Below are positions 63,236-64,000 of a DNA stretch of 64,000 nt, one piece after another (the first letter of the stretch is position 1; each line of letters starts with the position of its first letter). The position numbers were made by a program, and so were the translations under genes. Source of the DNA: an uncultured Bdellovibrio sp. Lineage in GTDB: Bacteria > Bdellovibrionota > Bdellovibrionia > Bdellovibrionales > Bdellovibrionaceae. The DNA is taken from contig CAWVRN010000006.1 in assembly GCA_963932905.1 (NCBI GenBank), positions 1 to 64,000 on the forward strand, in the 5' to 3' direction. The notes under the pieces are model-generated. The model made no database searches. It was not told the DNA's origin and worked only from the letters and a program-made list of their open reading frames with translations.

Positions 63236-63428
63236 ACGTTCCGCCTTTGTGTGATAATGTCATTTCAGTTAGTATTTTTTTCAGTGACGACGACCCCTTC
63301 GCTTGACCCCGAAAGGCAGTCTCGAAATGATGCACCGTTGCTTACGCATCGCAATATAGTCTAGGTTAAGTAATTTTTGCAAGAAAATTTTTGCAAGGTG
63401 TTATAAAAAATTTAGGATTTTCACGAAA

Positions 63429-64000
63429 ATGACCCCACTAGAGGCCTTTCACGAAATAGATAACTATTTGAAATACATGCAGAATATTAAAACCTGCAGC
63501 CCTCACACGGTGCGGGCCTATAAAAAAGACTTAGAGGGGTTTTTCGAGCCTGTAAAAACTTCAAAAATCAATACAGTCGATCTGAGAATGTACTTCTCGA
63601 CTCGACTTTTGGAACTAGGGCATCTGAGCCTGGCCTCGCGGAACCGAAAAATGGGTACCTTAAAGAGCTTTCTAAATTGGCTATACGAAACCCACAAGAT
63701 CGAAACAGCCCTATCTGAGGTCTACCACTCACCCAAAGTGCCACGTAAAATACCTCACTTTATATCATTTGATGAAATCAGCGCTTGTTTACAGTTCCTA
63801 GGAAATCAACCCGCTCAGACCACGCAGCTTGAGAATTTACTACTGCGACAGCAGCGATTGCTGTTTCTTTTTCTTTACGGGGCTGGATTGCGTATTTCAG
63901 AAGGCTGCCATTTAAAAATGCGCGATGTGATTGAATCAGATCGTAAAATTTTAGTCCGCGGTAAAGGCGCCAAAGAACGAATTGTAGTTTGTCCCGAATT
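63429..64000 (+). CDS. xerC: Tyrosine recombinase XerC/XerD family (3' truncated by window end)
   Basis: Manual translation: SPHTVRAYKKDL, SPKVPRKIPHF, LYGAGLRISE, VRGKGAKERIV; absent from the ORF track because no stop lies in the window. Confidence 0.9.
   Translation, partial: MTPLEAFHEIDNYLKYMQNIKTCSPHTVRAYKKDLEGFFEPVKTSKINTVDLRMYFSTRLLELGHLSLASRNRKMGTLKSFLNWLYETHKIETALSEVYHSPKVPRKIPHFISFDEISACLQFLGNQPAQTTQLENLLLRQQRLLFLFLYGAGLRISEGCHLKMRDVIESDRKILVRGKGAKERIVVCPE

Noticed and set aside
63290..63330. c-di-GMP-I riboswitch suggested by a CC-GAAA-GG tetraloop
   Set aside because: The tetraloop is on the strand opposite the adjacent activator gene, and the GGCAAA/GACGCAAA elements are absent.
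63429..64000. Tyrosine recombinase as a prophage or island integrase
   Set aside because: Architecture fits housekeeping XerC/D; no att repeat, adjacent tRNA or phage genes in the window.

Overview
Core-chromosome window from an AT-rich predatory Bdellovibrionota-like bacterium. The taxon is inferred from the ribosomal protein/RpoA sequence character, flagellin, sigma54 regulators and many secreted hypotheticals, not from a search. Bases 1-31.4 kb are one co-oriented minus-strand translation supercluster: tRNA-Thr/Tyr/Gly/Thr, tuf, tRNA-Trp, secE-nusG-rplKAJL-rpoBC, rpsL-rpsG-fusA, the S10, spc and alpha operons, then tRNA-Ala and the 5' part of a 16S rRNA gene. Departures from the canonical layout: rplX (uL24) is cleanly missing from the spc operon, uL29 has a long Lys/Ala tail, uL23 and bL17 are divergent, and the str-operon EF-G lacks the domain IV translocation motifs (EF-G2/recycling type). 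Bases 31.6-64 kb hold a TrmH/RlmB methylase, a short S1 protein, ribH-ntrYX-proS, ribE/ribB, clpB, flagellin, a metal-uptake operon, secreted enzymes and lipoproteins, an H1-like/acidic bipartite protein, a BtuB-like receptor, a sigma54 activator without a sensor domain and a partial XerC. The best candidates for undescribed biology are: (1) a His-rich membrane-anchored ORF ending in LRKPP, a possible metal-sensing ribosome-arrest peptide, ahead of a porin + SBP + permease operon with no ATPase; (2) a possibly remodelled ribosomal exit-tunnel region; (3) a ~295-nt GGA-rich structured flagellin leader containing an SD-led 9-codon uORF. No CRISPR array, IS element or prophage was seen.
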